Assembly (NCBI GenBank): GCA_964478625.1
Contig: CAYZJH010000006.1
Coordinates: 12,543-76,542 of the forward strand
Direction of reading: 5' to 3'
From: an uncultured Desulfobacteraceae bacterium
GTDB taxonomy: Bacteria; Desulfobacterota; Desulfobacteria; Desulfobacterales; SKZT01
DNA: 64,000 bases
Shown: in pieces, positions 37,905 to 47,242 of the stretch
Layout of the letters: each line of letters starts with the position of its first letter
How positions within the stretch are numbered: position 1 is the first letter of the stretch
Position numbers and translations under genes: made by a program
The notes under the pieces: generated by a model
The model's database searches: none
The model's input: only the letters and a program-made list of their open reading frames with translations
What the model was told of the DNA's origin: nothing

Positions 37905-38642
37905 TCACTTTAGCTCTGAATCACTTAGGGGTTCGGGTATGGCCCTAGACTCGGGGCGACGTTTTATCAACACGAGAACACGGGATTGATTCAGGAAAGG
38001 AAGTTGATATTTTCGGGTTGAAATACTCCAGTGGGAAACTGAAATCCTTTCATTTTCTCTCAGATTTTGAATTTCATCTATTTCTGTTTCAACCGGTTTT
38101 CCCTTATACGCCAGAAGGAAACCCTTTTCAGAGAGCAGAGGACCGGCCATCTCTACAAAAGATTTCAAATCTGTCAACGCCCTGCATACGATCACATCAA
38201 AAAGATTCTTAAATTCCGAATCGTGTGTCAAATTTTCGGCTCGGACATGGCGTGCGAACATATCAGGAAGTTTCATCAACCGAATCAGATGATTTAAAAA
38301 GGCAACCTTTTTTCTCGAAGCATCAATGAGAAACATCGGATTGGAGACAAGCATGATTTTCAGGGGGATTCCGGGGAAACCGGCACCTGAACCGATATCC
38401 AATATTCTTTTACCTGAACCGATTTCAGGAACTGCGGCAATGGAATCCAGAAAGTGTTTCACAGCGATTTCCATCGGGTCGGTAATGGCGGTCAGGTTTA
38501 CTTTCCGGTTCCAGACCAATAATTCCGAAGCATGAAGCGCAAAGAGTTCAGCCTGCTCTGAACTTATCCGGATTCCCAACAATTGAGCTCCGTCCCTAAT
38601 AGTTTTTTTCCACTCTAAAAAATCAATCTTTCCCACTTGCAC
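37905..38642 (-). CDS. rsmG: 16S rRNA (guanine527-N7)-methyltransferase
   Basis: 245 aa (GTG start, uncertain); WNRKVNLTAI, HFLDS and SAM loop DIGSGAGFPGIPLKI. Confidence 0.88.
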   Translation of the reverse strand: MQVGKIDFLEWKKTIRDGAQLLGIRISSEQAELFALHASELLVWNRKVNLTAITDPMEIAVKHFLDSIAAVPEIGSGKRILDIGSGAGFPGIPLKIMLVSNPMFLIDASRKKVAFLNHLIRLMKLPDMFARHVRAENLTHDSEFKNLFDVIVCRALTDLKSFVEMAGPLLSEKGFLLAYKGKPVETEIDEIQNLRENERISVSHWSISTRKYQLPFLNQSRVLVLIKRRPESRAIPEPLSDSELK

Positions 38643-40543
38643 TCTTTATCGCTTTCGGAATGATCCGGTGAATTTTCGAAATCGATCAGGAATTTGATTT
38701 CATTGTCTTTGATATTAAACACTTTTGCATCCGGATAATGGTCGTTAAATATTTTTTGCATGGCCTTATTTTCAGGAAGAACCGATGCTGAAAACCCTGT
38801 ATAATTATTTTCTTTGGCAATTTTTTCAAGCATTTTCAGCAGGTATGAGCCGATACCCAGATTCTGGTAATCTTCCCGAACCACAAAAGCCACCTCTGCC
38901 CTATTGTCATCTGCCTGAGCATAACTTCCGATAGCAATTATTTCCTTGCCCCCCAGTTTTTGCACCTTGCCGATAATGGACAGGTTTTTTTTATAATCCA
39001 TGGATGCCCAGTGTTTCTGAATGACTTCATGGGAAAAGAGTTTAACCCGGTGGAAAAACCGGGAATAAATGGTTTTTTCCTGAAGAGAGTAAAAAAAGTT
39101 TCTGTATTCGAATTCATCGGATGGAAACAGCGGCTGGAATTCCACCGTTTTTCCGCTTTGAAGCCTGAAGGTATCCTTATATTTTTCCACAAATATCAGA
39201 TCATGCTGAAGGGGGGGGAGCTGATCAGGGAATATATAACGATGTTTTTTAGCTTCGTTGACCAATTGCTCCCGGAATTTGGGATGGGCAATTTGGGCCA
39301 GTTCCATAACCCGCTGATAAATACTTTTGCCCTGCAATTCTGCGATGCCGTATTCGGTGACCACGAAATTGATATCCCCCCTCGTGGTCGCCGTCCCCGC
39401 TCCTTCACTCAGGTGGGAAACGATTCGGGAAATTTTACCATCCTGGGCTGTTGAGGGCAGAGCAATAATGGAAAAGCCGCCTTTGGACATGGCGCTTCCT
39501 CGAATAAAATCAACCTGATCACCGATACCGCTGTAAAACCGATAACCCACCGAGTCGGTGCAGACCTGGCCGGTTAAATCCACTTCAAGCGCACTGGAGA
39601 TAGAAATCAGGTGATCGTTTCTGGCAATAACCGTGGGATCGTTGACAAAATCGGAAGCCCTGAAATAGAATCCGGGATTGCCATTGATATAATGATAAAG
39701 TTTTTCAGATCCCATGCAAAGGGATGCAACGGTTCTTCCACGAAGATAATTTTTTCGTTTATTGGTAATGACTTTCTGGGTAAACAGCGGCAAAAAGGCA
39801 TCGGTAATGACCTGGGTATGAACCCCCAGATCTTTTTTGGCATCCAGATATTTCAAAATGGCATTGGGAAGATGTCCGAACCCGATCTGGATAGTGGCAC
39901 CGTCATCCACAAGTTGCGACACATACCGCCCTATTCTTTCGGAAATCTCATTTTCCTTTTTGATCGGCGTACTTTCCACCAGAGGCTCATCATGGTAAAC
40001 CAGATAATCGATATCATCCACATGTACAAAAGAATTTCCACCGGTTCTGGGCATCCTGGGATTTACCTGAGCAATGGTCAGTGCGGCATTTTCCATTCCC
40101 GAGCGGGTGATATCCACGGATACCCCAAGGCTGCAATATCCGAAACCATCAGGAGGACTCACCTGTATCAGAGCCACATCCAACCCGATACGATGGCTGG
40201 AAAAAAGTTTGGGAATTTGTGACAGGTATGTGGGGATGTAGTCGATCTTTCCTTCAAACGCCGCTTCCCGGATATCTCTGGAAATAAAAAACAACTTCAG
40301 AAGAAATCGTTTATGAAAATCCGGGTCGTCCACATAACGGGCCAGCGTAAAAGAAAGCATCTGATAGATCATGATATCCTGAAGCCCGGGATCTTTGACC
40401 ATGGCTCTTATTAAATGTTGCGGCTCACCGCATCCGGTACCGATAAACACACGGCTTCCCTGCCGGATTCCGGATATGGCCTCCTTTGCCGAAACTACCT
40501 TATCAGGATAAATTTCAGACAGTTTGTTTTTTTCACTGGTCAT
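38615..40543 (-). CDS. acetyl-CoA hydrolase/transferase-family domain fused to a C-terminal GNAT acetyltransferase domain
   Basis: 642 aa. The N-terminal ~430 aa is CoA-transferase-like (VSAKEAISGIRQGSRVFIGTGCGEPQHL...). The C-terminal GNAT motif A is FVVREDYQNLGIGSYLLKMLEKIA. Confidence 0.8.
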   Translation of the reverse strand: MTSEKNKLSEIYPDKVVSAKEAISGIRQGSRVFIGTGCGEPQHLIRAMVKDPGLQDIMIYQMLSFTLARYVDDPDFHKRFLLKLFFISRDIREAAFEGKIDYIPTYLSQIPKLFSSHRIGLDVALIQVSPPDGFGYCSLGVSVDITRSGMENAALTIAQVNPRMPRTGGNSFVHVDDIDYLVYHDEPLVESTPIKKENEISERIGRYVSQLVDDGATIQIGFGHLPNAILKYLDAKKDLGVHTQVITDAFLPLFTQKVITNKRKNYLRGRTVASLCMGSEKLYHYINGNPGFYFRASDFVNDPTVIARNDHLISISSALEVDLTGQVCTDSVGYRFYSGIGDQVDFIRGSAMSKGGFSIIALPSTAQDGKISRIVSHLSEGAGTATTRGDINFVVTEYGIAELQGKSIYQRVMELAQIAHPKFREQLVNEAKKHRYIFPDQLPPLQHDLIFVEKYKDTFRLQSGKTVEFQPLFPSDEFEYRNFFYSLQEKTIYSRFFHRVKLFSHEVIQKHWASMDYKKNLSIIGKVQKLGGKEIIAIGSYAQADDNRAEVAFVVREDYQNLGIGSYLLKMLEKIAKENNYTGFSASVLPENKAMQKIFNDHYPDAKVFNIKDNEIKFLIDFENSPDHSESDKECKWERLIF

Positions 40544-40581
40544 TATTTTTTCCTCGACTCAATTGACCCTGGAAATAACTC

Positions 40582-43500
40582 TTAAGGGGTCTTTTCCTGT
40601 TTTCTGATTCCATCGGTTGATTTTTCCTGTCCGAATTTGTTACGGATATATTGCATAAACGGTTTGATCACTCGAATGCGCTGCGGCGGTTTTTCCTTAA
40701 AAATCTCTTCAAGAGACAAATGGGGATCACTGATCGGGTTTCTCAGATATTTCCTTATGGCCTCCAGGCGATTTTTAATTTCTTTTTCAAACCGGACCGT
40801 TAACATATTTTTCATCTCCTGAATTTCTTCTTGCATATTTTCAGGGGATTTAACTCCCTGATAAGCCGATAACTTGTAATGAATCCTCATGCTGATCAAT
40901 TTCTGAAGGATTTTTTCATAGTCTTTATCGAGGCAGACCACCTCGGGAACCAGATCCCCAAAATGGGTCACGGCAAGAATATCCTTGTCCTGGGCCCAGT
41001 AATTGGCCAAAAACTCAGGTTCCAGGTCCTTGTAGTTTTGAAGCGGCATATACATGCGCCTGAGGTACATCAGAACCTTTTCGGCCTTTTTTTTATGCCC
41101 TCCGATAATGACCGAACCCCCTACTTCACCACTTTTAACCCCTTTAGTCCATGGAGCGCCCGTGATTCCGAAATCATTATAGATGGGAATATGGAGCAGT
41201 GCGGATAAGGTGTTCAAGGCCAGCGCATAACCGGCAGAGGGACCGCCGACATGATAGGAAGCCGATAACAACTGATGGTGAAGGGTGTATTTATCCAGAA
41301 ATTCTCCCAGTAGCTTGGGAATGCTCACTTTGTGATCCATGCTCTGAAAATAATTTTTGATCATGGTGAGCGCTTCTTTTGCCGACTGCTGGGTCATCTG
41401 GACCGCCATATCCAATTCCGCCGCACCCGGACTTGACGTGGACACAGCGCCGGTCACCAGTACTTTTTCAGGTGAAAGACTGTAAGTGAGGCTCGTGGCT
41501 ATCGGCAGCAACACACCGGTCACATCGTTTGCACCCACCCCGATGATAAAACCGACCTGAGGTTCCTGGCTGAGTTCCGCTTCGAGAAACTCATCCAGTT
41601 GAACTTTTCCCTTTCGTATGGGACTTCCGGAAATTTCGCTTCTGGCCGATAACAAATGTGAAGGCATCAACGGATAAGTTTCCATGTCATGGACTGTTGA
41701 AAACATATCGACAATCCGGTCAAAACGCTCCAGAAATTCGTTCGGGTCGTTTCGAACCTCATTTCTCAATGATTCCGGAGCATTAATGGCATCCAGGATT
41801 CCGATCAAGGTTTTAAAATTGAACTTGACAAAATTTTCTCGCTTCCCAACGGGCTGGTTCAGATAGGTTCTTGCACGCAAAAGGACTTCATACTCCGTGC
41901 TTCGAAGACTTCGCGCTTTTTCCACAAATGCGGTGTAATCGGCCGGAGTATTGCACACTCCTCTGGCTTTTTCAATGATTACCGGAACATCGATTCCCTC
42001 GGCCATGGGCACGCCATATAAACATTGGTCAACAATTCTTTCAATATCATCCTTGCTTAAATGCCCTGATACCTCGAGCACTTTGAGTCTTTTGGATCGA
42101 ATCAGGGCAGGGTCTAAAATGTCCAGCCGGTTGGTGGTCAGTGTGGTAAAAACCCTGTGCAAGGGAATTTCACCGTCAATAATGTTTAAAAATTTATTGG
42201 TCAGTTTGTCCGAAGGTGAACCTCCTGACTGACTTCGCTTCGGGGCCAGGGCATCCCCTTCATCAAAAAACACCACGGTCGGGGCAATCATCTTGGCAAT
42301 ATCATAAATTTTTTCGAGATTTTCCACCGCACCGTCAATGGGATTCACCGGATCCTGAAGCGCTACCGGATTGGTGGATATATCATGGACATCTTTGTTT
42401 TCACTCAACCACGCCCGTGCCAGAAAGGTTTTGCCTGAGCCCGGGGGTCCATTTAACACCACTCCTTTTTCTTCACTGACACCATAAAAAAGGCAGTTGT
42501 TGGCCATTTCCGAGAAAACATCCTTAATGTTGCCAATGTATTCATCCCATCTAACCTGACGATCCAGACGGCCGACCACCTTATCAAAAAGATCGCCGTA
42601 AGAATTTTTTGCCACCAGCTCGAAAGCCTTTCGCACAAGAAGGGAATCATCAAGGTATTCCGGTTTGAATTCGCTCTTGATTTCAATAATGGATCGAACC
42701 AACTTTCGAACATAAGCCGGCGTTATTTTTAGCGTTCTCTCCTGAAAAATCCGGTAAATTTTATCCACACCCGAATCAAGAAATTCGGGAGGAATACACG
42801 ATATGGATCTGTGGCATCGATGGTCCAATTTTTCTGCAACCCGTATATCACTCCGGTTTAATTCGATTCTGACAATTTCCTTGAGGTTATCGGGATTTTT
42901 CCAGTATTCTGAAATATCGACGATTTTTCCTTTTTCTACAAACCGTCTGTAAATCGTGTTATCAAAACGCTCCGGCTTGTCGGTAGTGGCGATAAGCAAA
43001 CAATCCCTTTTGCCGGTAATAATTTCATCGATGACAATATTGGCCGTATCAATCAGTGTGCGCTGTTGTCTTTCAACTCCACTGTCGCGGCCCTCTGATT
43101 TTCCGAACGCACTGTGGGCTTCTTCGATATGCCTTATGGTCGGTTTTCGGGAATCACCAAGGGCTTTTTTAAAATAATTTCCCGGCTCCCCTGCCAGGGC
43201 TGTCTGATAATCATTGGGGGTCACCATGGAATAGTCAACCATCAGACCGGGCTCCTCCAGTTCCGAAAGGTTCCTTCCGATTCTCTTCTTGAAGATTCTT
43301 CGTAACAAAGGAATTCTGGACATGATTTTGTAAAACCGGATTTTTTTGCGACGCTCCATCTCCATCGCCAAAGTAGGATCGATGTTTTCAATGGATTTCC
43401 AGAACGGTTCGGAGGCAAGCAGTTCTTCTTTTTTAAGTTTTAGATCTATTTCCGGAAGAACCCGGTCGCCGAAAATCACATTTTCGATAGCCTGGTTGAC

Positions 43501-44016
43501 CGTTGCGGTTTTTCCACTGCCTGAGGGGCCGACAACAAGAAGAAGCGCCGCTTTCGGGACACCGGGATCGGATATGTATTCCTTCCGAAGATGTGCTCTG
43601 TACACTTTTTCAAACAAGGCATCCAACTCCCATGGAACATGGACATCCGTGAGTTCATCGTCTAACAGGGAAAGCAGGTAGGCATAATCTTTGGCAGACA
43701 ACTCTTTTTCAAGAATCTTGCTCCAGGCCTCCTGAGGGTCTGTTTGACCCGATATTTCAAACCGCCTTTGCCAGTCGGTCAAAATATCCGGATCTTTTAG
43801 TATGGAGAAATTTTTTTCCGGTGATTCATAAAAAAATGAGAGGAAAGATTCCAGCAGGGTGTTGAGGATATCGGACCTGGGTTTATACTGGAGAAAACGG
43901 GCACGCATGAAAGCCTTGGTTTCATAAGGCCAAAGTGAAACCAGTTCTTCGATTTCCCGGATTCGCTTTTCAGAAAGCCTGATGTATTTGACCGCCTTTG
44001 TAAATCTTCGGGCCAT
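40582..44016 (-). CDS. 1144-aa double P-loop/AAA protein with a C-terminal Lon (S16)-like Ser-Lys protease domain
   Basis: First P-loop VVGPSGSGKT. Second module GPPGSGKT + VVFFDEGDAL + TTNRLDILDPALIRSKRL (classical AAA second region of homology). C-terminal YHVGGPSAGYALAL...IIGGHKKKAEK resembles the Lon catalytic Ser and Lys motifs. No hydrophobic TM segment seen. Confidence 0.8.
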   Translation of the reverse strand: MARRFTKAVKYIRLSEKRIREIEELVSLWPYETKAFMRARFLQYKPRSDILNTLLESFLSFFYESPEKNFSILKDPDILTDWQRRFEISGQTDPQEAWSKILEKELSAKDYAYLLSLLDDELTDVHVPWELDALFEKVYRAHLRKEYISDPGVPKAALLLVVGPSGSGKTATVNQAIENVIFGDRVLPEIDLKLKKEELLASEPFWKSIENIDPTLAMEMERRKKIRFYKIMSRIPLLRRIFKKRIGRNLSELEEPGLMVDYSMVTPNDYQTALAGEPGNYFKKALGDSRKPTIRHIEEAHSAFGKSEGRDSGVERQQRTLIDTANIVIDEIITGKRDCLLIATTDKPERFDNTIYRRFVEKGKIVDISEYWKNPDNLKEIVRIELNRSDIRVAEKLDHRCHRSISCIPPEFLDSGVDKIYRIFQERTLKITPAYVRKLVRSIIEIKSEFKPEYLDDSLLVRKAFELVAKNSYGDLFDKVVGRLDRQVRWDEYIGNIKDVFSEMANNCLFYGVSEEKGVVLNGPPGSGKTFLARAWLSENKDVHDISTNPVALQDPVNPIDGAVENLEKIYDIAKMIAPTVVFFDEGDALAPKRSQSGGSPSDKLTNKFLNIIDGEIPLHRVFTTLTTNRLDILDPALIRSKRLKVLEVSGHLSKDDIERIVDQCLYGVPMAEGIDVPVIIEKARGVCNTPADYTAFVEKARSLRSTEYEVLLRARTYLNQPVGKRENFVKFNFKTLIGILDAINAPESLRNEVRNDPNEFLERFDRIVDMFSTVHDMETYPLMPSHLLSARSEISGSPIRKGKVQLDEFLEAELSQEPQVGFIIGVGANDVTGVLLPIATSLTYSLSPEKVLVTGAVSTSSPGAAELDMAVQMTQQSAKEALTMIKNYFQSMDHKVSIPKLLGEFLDKYTLHHQLLSASYHVGGPSAGYALALNTLSALLHIPIYNDFGITGAPWTKGVKSGEVGGSVIIGGHKKKAEKVLMYLRRMYMPLQNYKDLEPEFLANYWAQDKDILAVTHFGDLVPEVVCLDKDYEKILQKLISMRIHYKLSAYQGVKSPENMQEEIQEMKNMLTVRFEKEIKNRLEAIRKYLRNPISDPHLSLEEIFKEKPPQRIRVIKPFMQYIRNKFGQEKSTDGIRKQEKTP

Positions 44017-44979
44017 TTACTTCTCCTTTACACTTTCTTTCTGGGAAATCCCTTTAGCCGAGGCATCCGGTACCGGTATCGTCAGGGCCGGACCCGGTCC
44101 CGCGGTGTTTTGAATCACCACCGTGCTTTGTGCCGACTGATTTTTCTCATAAGCCGTGGCCCATTTTTGCTGTGCCAAAAACTGGAACAAAGCGGCATCC
44201 GTTGCCCCATCAGGTCTTCCCACACTTTTTTGCAATGCCTGAATACTGTCCACATATGCCGCATACAGTTTTCGGATCCGACTTGCCTCCTGGTCTGCTG
44301 CATAGTTCTCCGCCTCGGCAATCAATTCTCTTCGCTTTTTTTCTTCAGTGGCCTCCACCAGTTTGTCTCCAAACCGGGTCTCCTTGAGCACAAAACTGAC
44401 CACTTCAATCCCGTATTTTTGTTCGAGGGTCGGACCTCCCTCGTTGATGGGGCGCGATTTCAGGGCCCTGAAAATTTCTTCCTTAATATCTTCTCTCAGA
44501 CTGACCAGTTCTCCCACTTTTTTGGCCTGAAGAATATCCTTGACAATACCGTCGTAATCTCCCTGCAGAAGATTCATGGGATCAAGGTTTTCAATGGCCC
44601 AGATTTTCAAATCATTAATTCTGTAAGTTAGCACCGCCGAAGTCCACAGGGCTACATTTTCCTGAGAAATAATCCGGTTGGGTTCTGTTTGCCCGCTTAA
44701 AAACATCGCCTGGTTCATCAGGGGAACTTCCTGTTCAATCCGGGTAAAAAAGGGCAACCGCATATGCCATCCCTGTTCGGTAACCGGCACACGTTTTCCT
44801 CCAAATTTCTCCAGCACGATGGCATAATTCATTTTGACTTTGTAAATGGTCTTGGTGGCATATACCATGGCTACCAAACCATAAACGATTCCCACAACCA
44901 GGGCCAAGGCGAAAATCCTTCGCAAAAAAGTCTTCACAAAGGCTCGTCTGAATATTTTCCTCGAAAGCTCTTCCGTCAT
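44017..44979 (-). CDS. SPFH/band-7 (stomatin/prohibitin/HflC-like) membrane protein
   Basis: 320 aa; N-terminal TM FALALVVGIVYGLVAMVYA; SPFH core (YAIVLEKFGGKRV...LTYRI...); coiled-coil-like region EEKKRRELIAEAENYAADQEASRIRK. Its stop codon directly abuts the ATG of the AAA/Lon gene. Confidence 0.85.
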   Translation of the reverse strand: MTEELSRKIFRRAFVKTFLRRIFALALVVGIVYGLVAMVYATKTIYKVKMNYAIVLEKFGGKRVPVTEQGWHMRLPFFTRIEQEVPLMNQAMFLSGQTEPNRIISQENVALWTSAVLTYRINDLKIWAIENLDPMNLLQGDYDGIVKDILQAKKVGELVSLREDIKEEIFRALKSRPINEGGPTLEQKYGIEVVSFVLKETRFGDKLVEATEEKKRRELIAEAENYAADQEASRIRKLYAAYVDSIQALQKSVGRPDGATDAALFQFLAQQKWATAYEKNQSAQSTVVIQNTAGPGPALTIPVPDASAKGISQKESVKEK

Positions 44980-45722
44980 GACATTGAACTCCTTTCAAAT
45001 CCCTTGCGAAACCAATCGGCAGCCATTCGGAGAAACTCTTCCTGATGGGCCATGTGGGTCATCCGATGGTCACCATTTTTCTGAATCACCAGTTTTTTGG
45101 GTTTCCCGACCAATTGATAGATTTTAAAAGCCTCTGAAACCGGAACCACTTCATCATTATTTCCATGAATCACCAGTATATCTTTAATATAAGAAAGGTG
45201 TTTTTCAATGTCGAAAGACAGGTTGTTGATTAATTCCGTCAGTTGGATCACCGGGGTCTCATGTCTCTGCATGGAATCCAACAGGCAGTTGCTGTTTACC
45301 GGTGCGGCAAAAGTGACCAGTGCTGCAGGTCGAATTATGGCTGAAACCCGGCATGCCACCGCTCCGCCAAGACTGCTTCCAAAAAAGGCAATACTATTTC
45401 CAGTATCACTTCTTTTCCTCAGGGTTTCACACGCCATGACAAGATCCCGACACCGGCCTTCAAAAGAAATCAACTCTCTTTCTCCACCTTCACTCCGGCC
45501 GCACCCTCTGTGATCAAAGCGGAAAAAAGCCATGCCCGACAAATTGCAGGCATGAGCCAATGCCAGTTGTTTGGGTGATTCCTGTGTGGCAAACAATCCG
45601 TGGGAGCCGATAATGACAGGCGGATTTATTCCTGAAGGAAGATGAAGATGACCTTCGAGTCGATAACCATCGCAAAAAAAACAGAGTTTTTTACAAACAA
45701 GATTCACTGTTAATTCCGCCAT
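44976..45722 (-). CDS. alpha/beta-fold serine hydrolase
   Basis: 248 aa; nucleophile elbow FGSSLGG; C-terminal GDHRMTH (catalytic His candidate); ATGA overlap with the SPFH gene. Confidence 0.8.
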   Translation of the reverse strand: MAELTVNLVCKKLCFFCDGYRLEGHLHLPSGINPPVIIGSHGLFATQESPKQLALAHACNLSGMAFFRFDHRGCGRSEGGERELISFEGRCRDLVMACETLRKRSDTGNSIAFFGSSLGGAVACRVSAIIRPAALVTFAAPVNSNCLLDSMQRHETPVIQLTELINNLSFDIEKHLSYIKDILVIHGNNDEVVPVSEAFKIYQLVGKPKKLVIQKNGDHRMTHMAHQEEFLRMAADWFRKGFERSSMS

Positions 45723-45847
45723 AACATACGGCTTATTTTGTATTTTTTTGTGCTTGTGCTATGCTCAATGTGTGATAAGGTTGATATTTTAATTGAGTAT
45801 ACCATAAATCATTTAAAAGCATATACCATATATTTTAAAGTTCTAAA

Positions 45848-47239
45848 ATGTCACTGAAAAAAGGAAATGTATATGAGGTAAATATTTCGGATCTGGCATT
45901 CGGAGGCAAAGGCTTTGCCAAAATCGATGGGTTTGCCGTTTTCGTAGACCAGGCTGCTCCCGGAGATGTCGTAATGGCTCGGGTGATCCGGAAGAAAAAA
46001 AATTACGCCGAAGCCCGGATCGTTGAGATGATATCGCCTTCGCCGCTGAGAATCGATGCTCCCTGTCCCTACAGCGGTGTCTGCGGAGGCTGCAAATGGC
46101 AATATTTGCCTTATAAATTACAACTGGAATACAAGCAACGGCACGTGAAAGAGACTCTGGAACATATCGGTGATATCCGCAACACCCCGATCAATCCGAC
46201 CTTGCCCTCTCCAGACATTTTTGAGTATCGGAACAAAATGGAATTTTCCTGTTCGGATCGAAAATGGCTGATGCCTGATCAGATGACCGGTGAAGAGGTC
46301 GATACCGGTTTTGCAATCGGGCTTCATGTGCCCGGTACTTTTTATAAAGTGCTTGATATTCGGGCATGCCTGCTCCAGCCAGACCAGGGAAACCAAATAC
46401 TGGATGATGTTCGCTGTTTTATCGGAGATTCCGGATTACCGGTCTATGGATTGAAAAGCCATGAAGGTTTCTGGCGTTTTTTGATGCTTCGTCACTCCGT
46501 ATCGGAAGATCAATGGATGGTCAATATGATCACCGCCTCTGAACAACATGATGCAATTTCTTCGCTGGCCGGCATTCTTATGGAAAAATATCCGAATATC
46601 GTGTCGGTGGTCAATAATGTGACAGCCCGAAAAGCGGGTATCGCCGTGGGAGAATATGAGATTCCCATCGCAGGAAAAGCATCTATAAAAGATGCCATTG
46701 GGCCATTTGTTTTTGAAATTTCCGCCAACTCGTTTTTTCAGACCAACAGCCGGGCCGCAAAGATTCTCTATGACACGGTGGCCAGGTATGCGCAATTGAC
46801 CGGAAAAGAGACGGTCCTGGATCTATACAGCGGAACCGGAACGATTCCCATTTATCTTTCACAACAGGCCTCCCGGATAGTAGGAATGGAAATTGTCGAC
46901 AGCGCCATCTCAGATGCTGAAAACAACTGTCGTTTAAATCAGGTGGACAATTGCCGCTTTATCAGCGGTGATATCCGGACGTCTTTGACCCGGATTGATT
47001 TCAAACCCCAGGTGATGATCATTGATCCACCCCGAGATGGCATGCACAAGGATGTTGTCAAACAGGTCCTGGATATGGGACCTGAGCGGATCGTTTATGT
47101 TTCGTGCAATCCGGCAACCCTGGCCAGAGATCTGGCTCTTATGAAAGAATTTTACCATGTGACCGAGGTTCAGCCTGTGGATATGTTTCCGCATACCTTT
47201 CATATCGAATCGGTGGCTTGCCTCAGAAAGGGTTCTTAA
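45848..47239 (+). CDS. rlmD: 23S rRNA (uracil-C5)-methyltransferase, RlmD/RumA family
   Basis: 463 aa; TRAM N-terminus; Fe-S cysteines CPYSGVCGGCKWQ; SAM motif LDLYSGTGT; catalytic VSCNPAT. Confidence 0.9.
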   Translation: MSLKKGNVYEVNISDLAFGGKGFAKIDGFAVFVDQAAPGDVVMARVIRKKKNYAEARIVEMISPSPLRIDAPCPYSGVCGGCKWQYLPYKLQLEYKQRHVKETLEHIGDIRNTPINPTLPSPDIFEYRNKMEFSCSDRKWLMPDQMTGEEVDTGFAIGLHVPGTFYKVLDIRACLLQPDQGNQILDDVRCFIGDSGLPVYGLKSHEGFWRFLMLRHSVSEDQWMVNMITASEQHDAISSLAGILMEKYPNIVSVVNNVTARKAGIAVGEYEIPIAGKASIKDAIGPFVFEISANSFFQTNSRAAKILYDTVARYAQLTGKETVLDLYSGTGTIPIYLSQQASRIVGMEIVDSAISDAENNCRLNQVDNCRFISGDIRTSLTRIDFKPQVMIIDPPRDGMHKDVVKQVLDMGPERIVYVSCNPATLARDLALMKEFYHVTEVQPVDMFPHTFHIESVACLRKGS

Positions 47240-47242
47240 ATT

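Noticed and set aside
40582-44016. Interpretation of the AAA/Lon protein as BREX BrxL (phage defence)
   Set aside because: BrxL also couples an ATPase to a Lon-like domain. However, no pglX, pglZ, brxA, brxB or brxC genes, or any other defence genes, are nearby. The tight coupling to an SPFH protein points to a different context. Not excluded without phylogeny.
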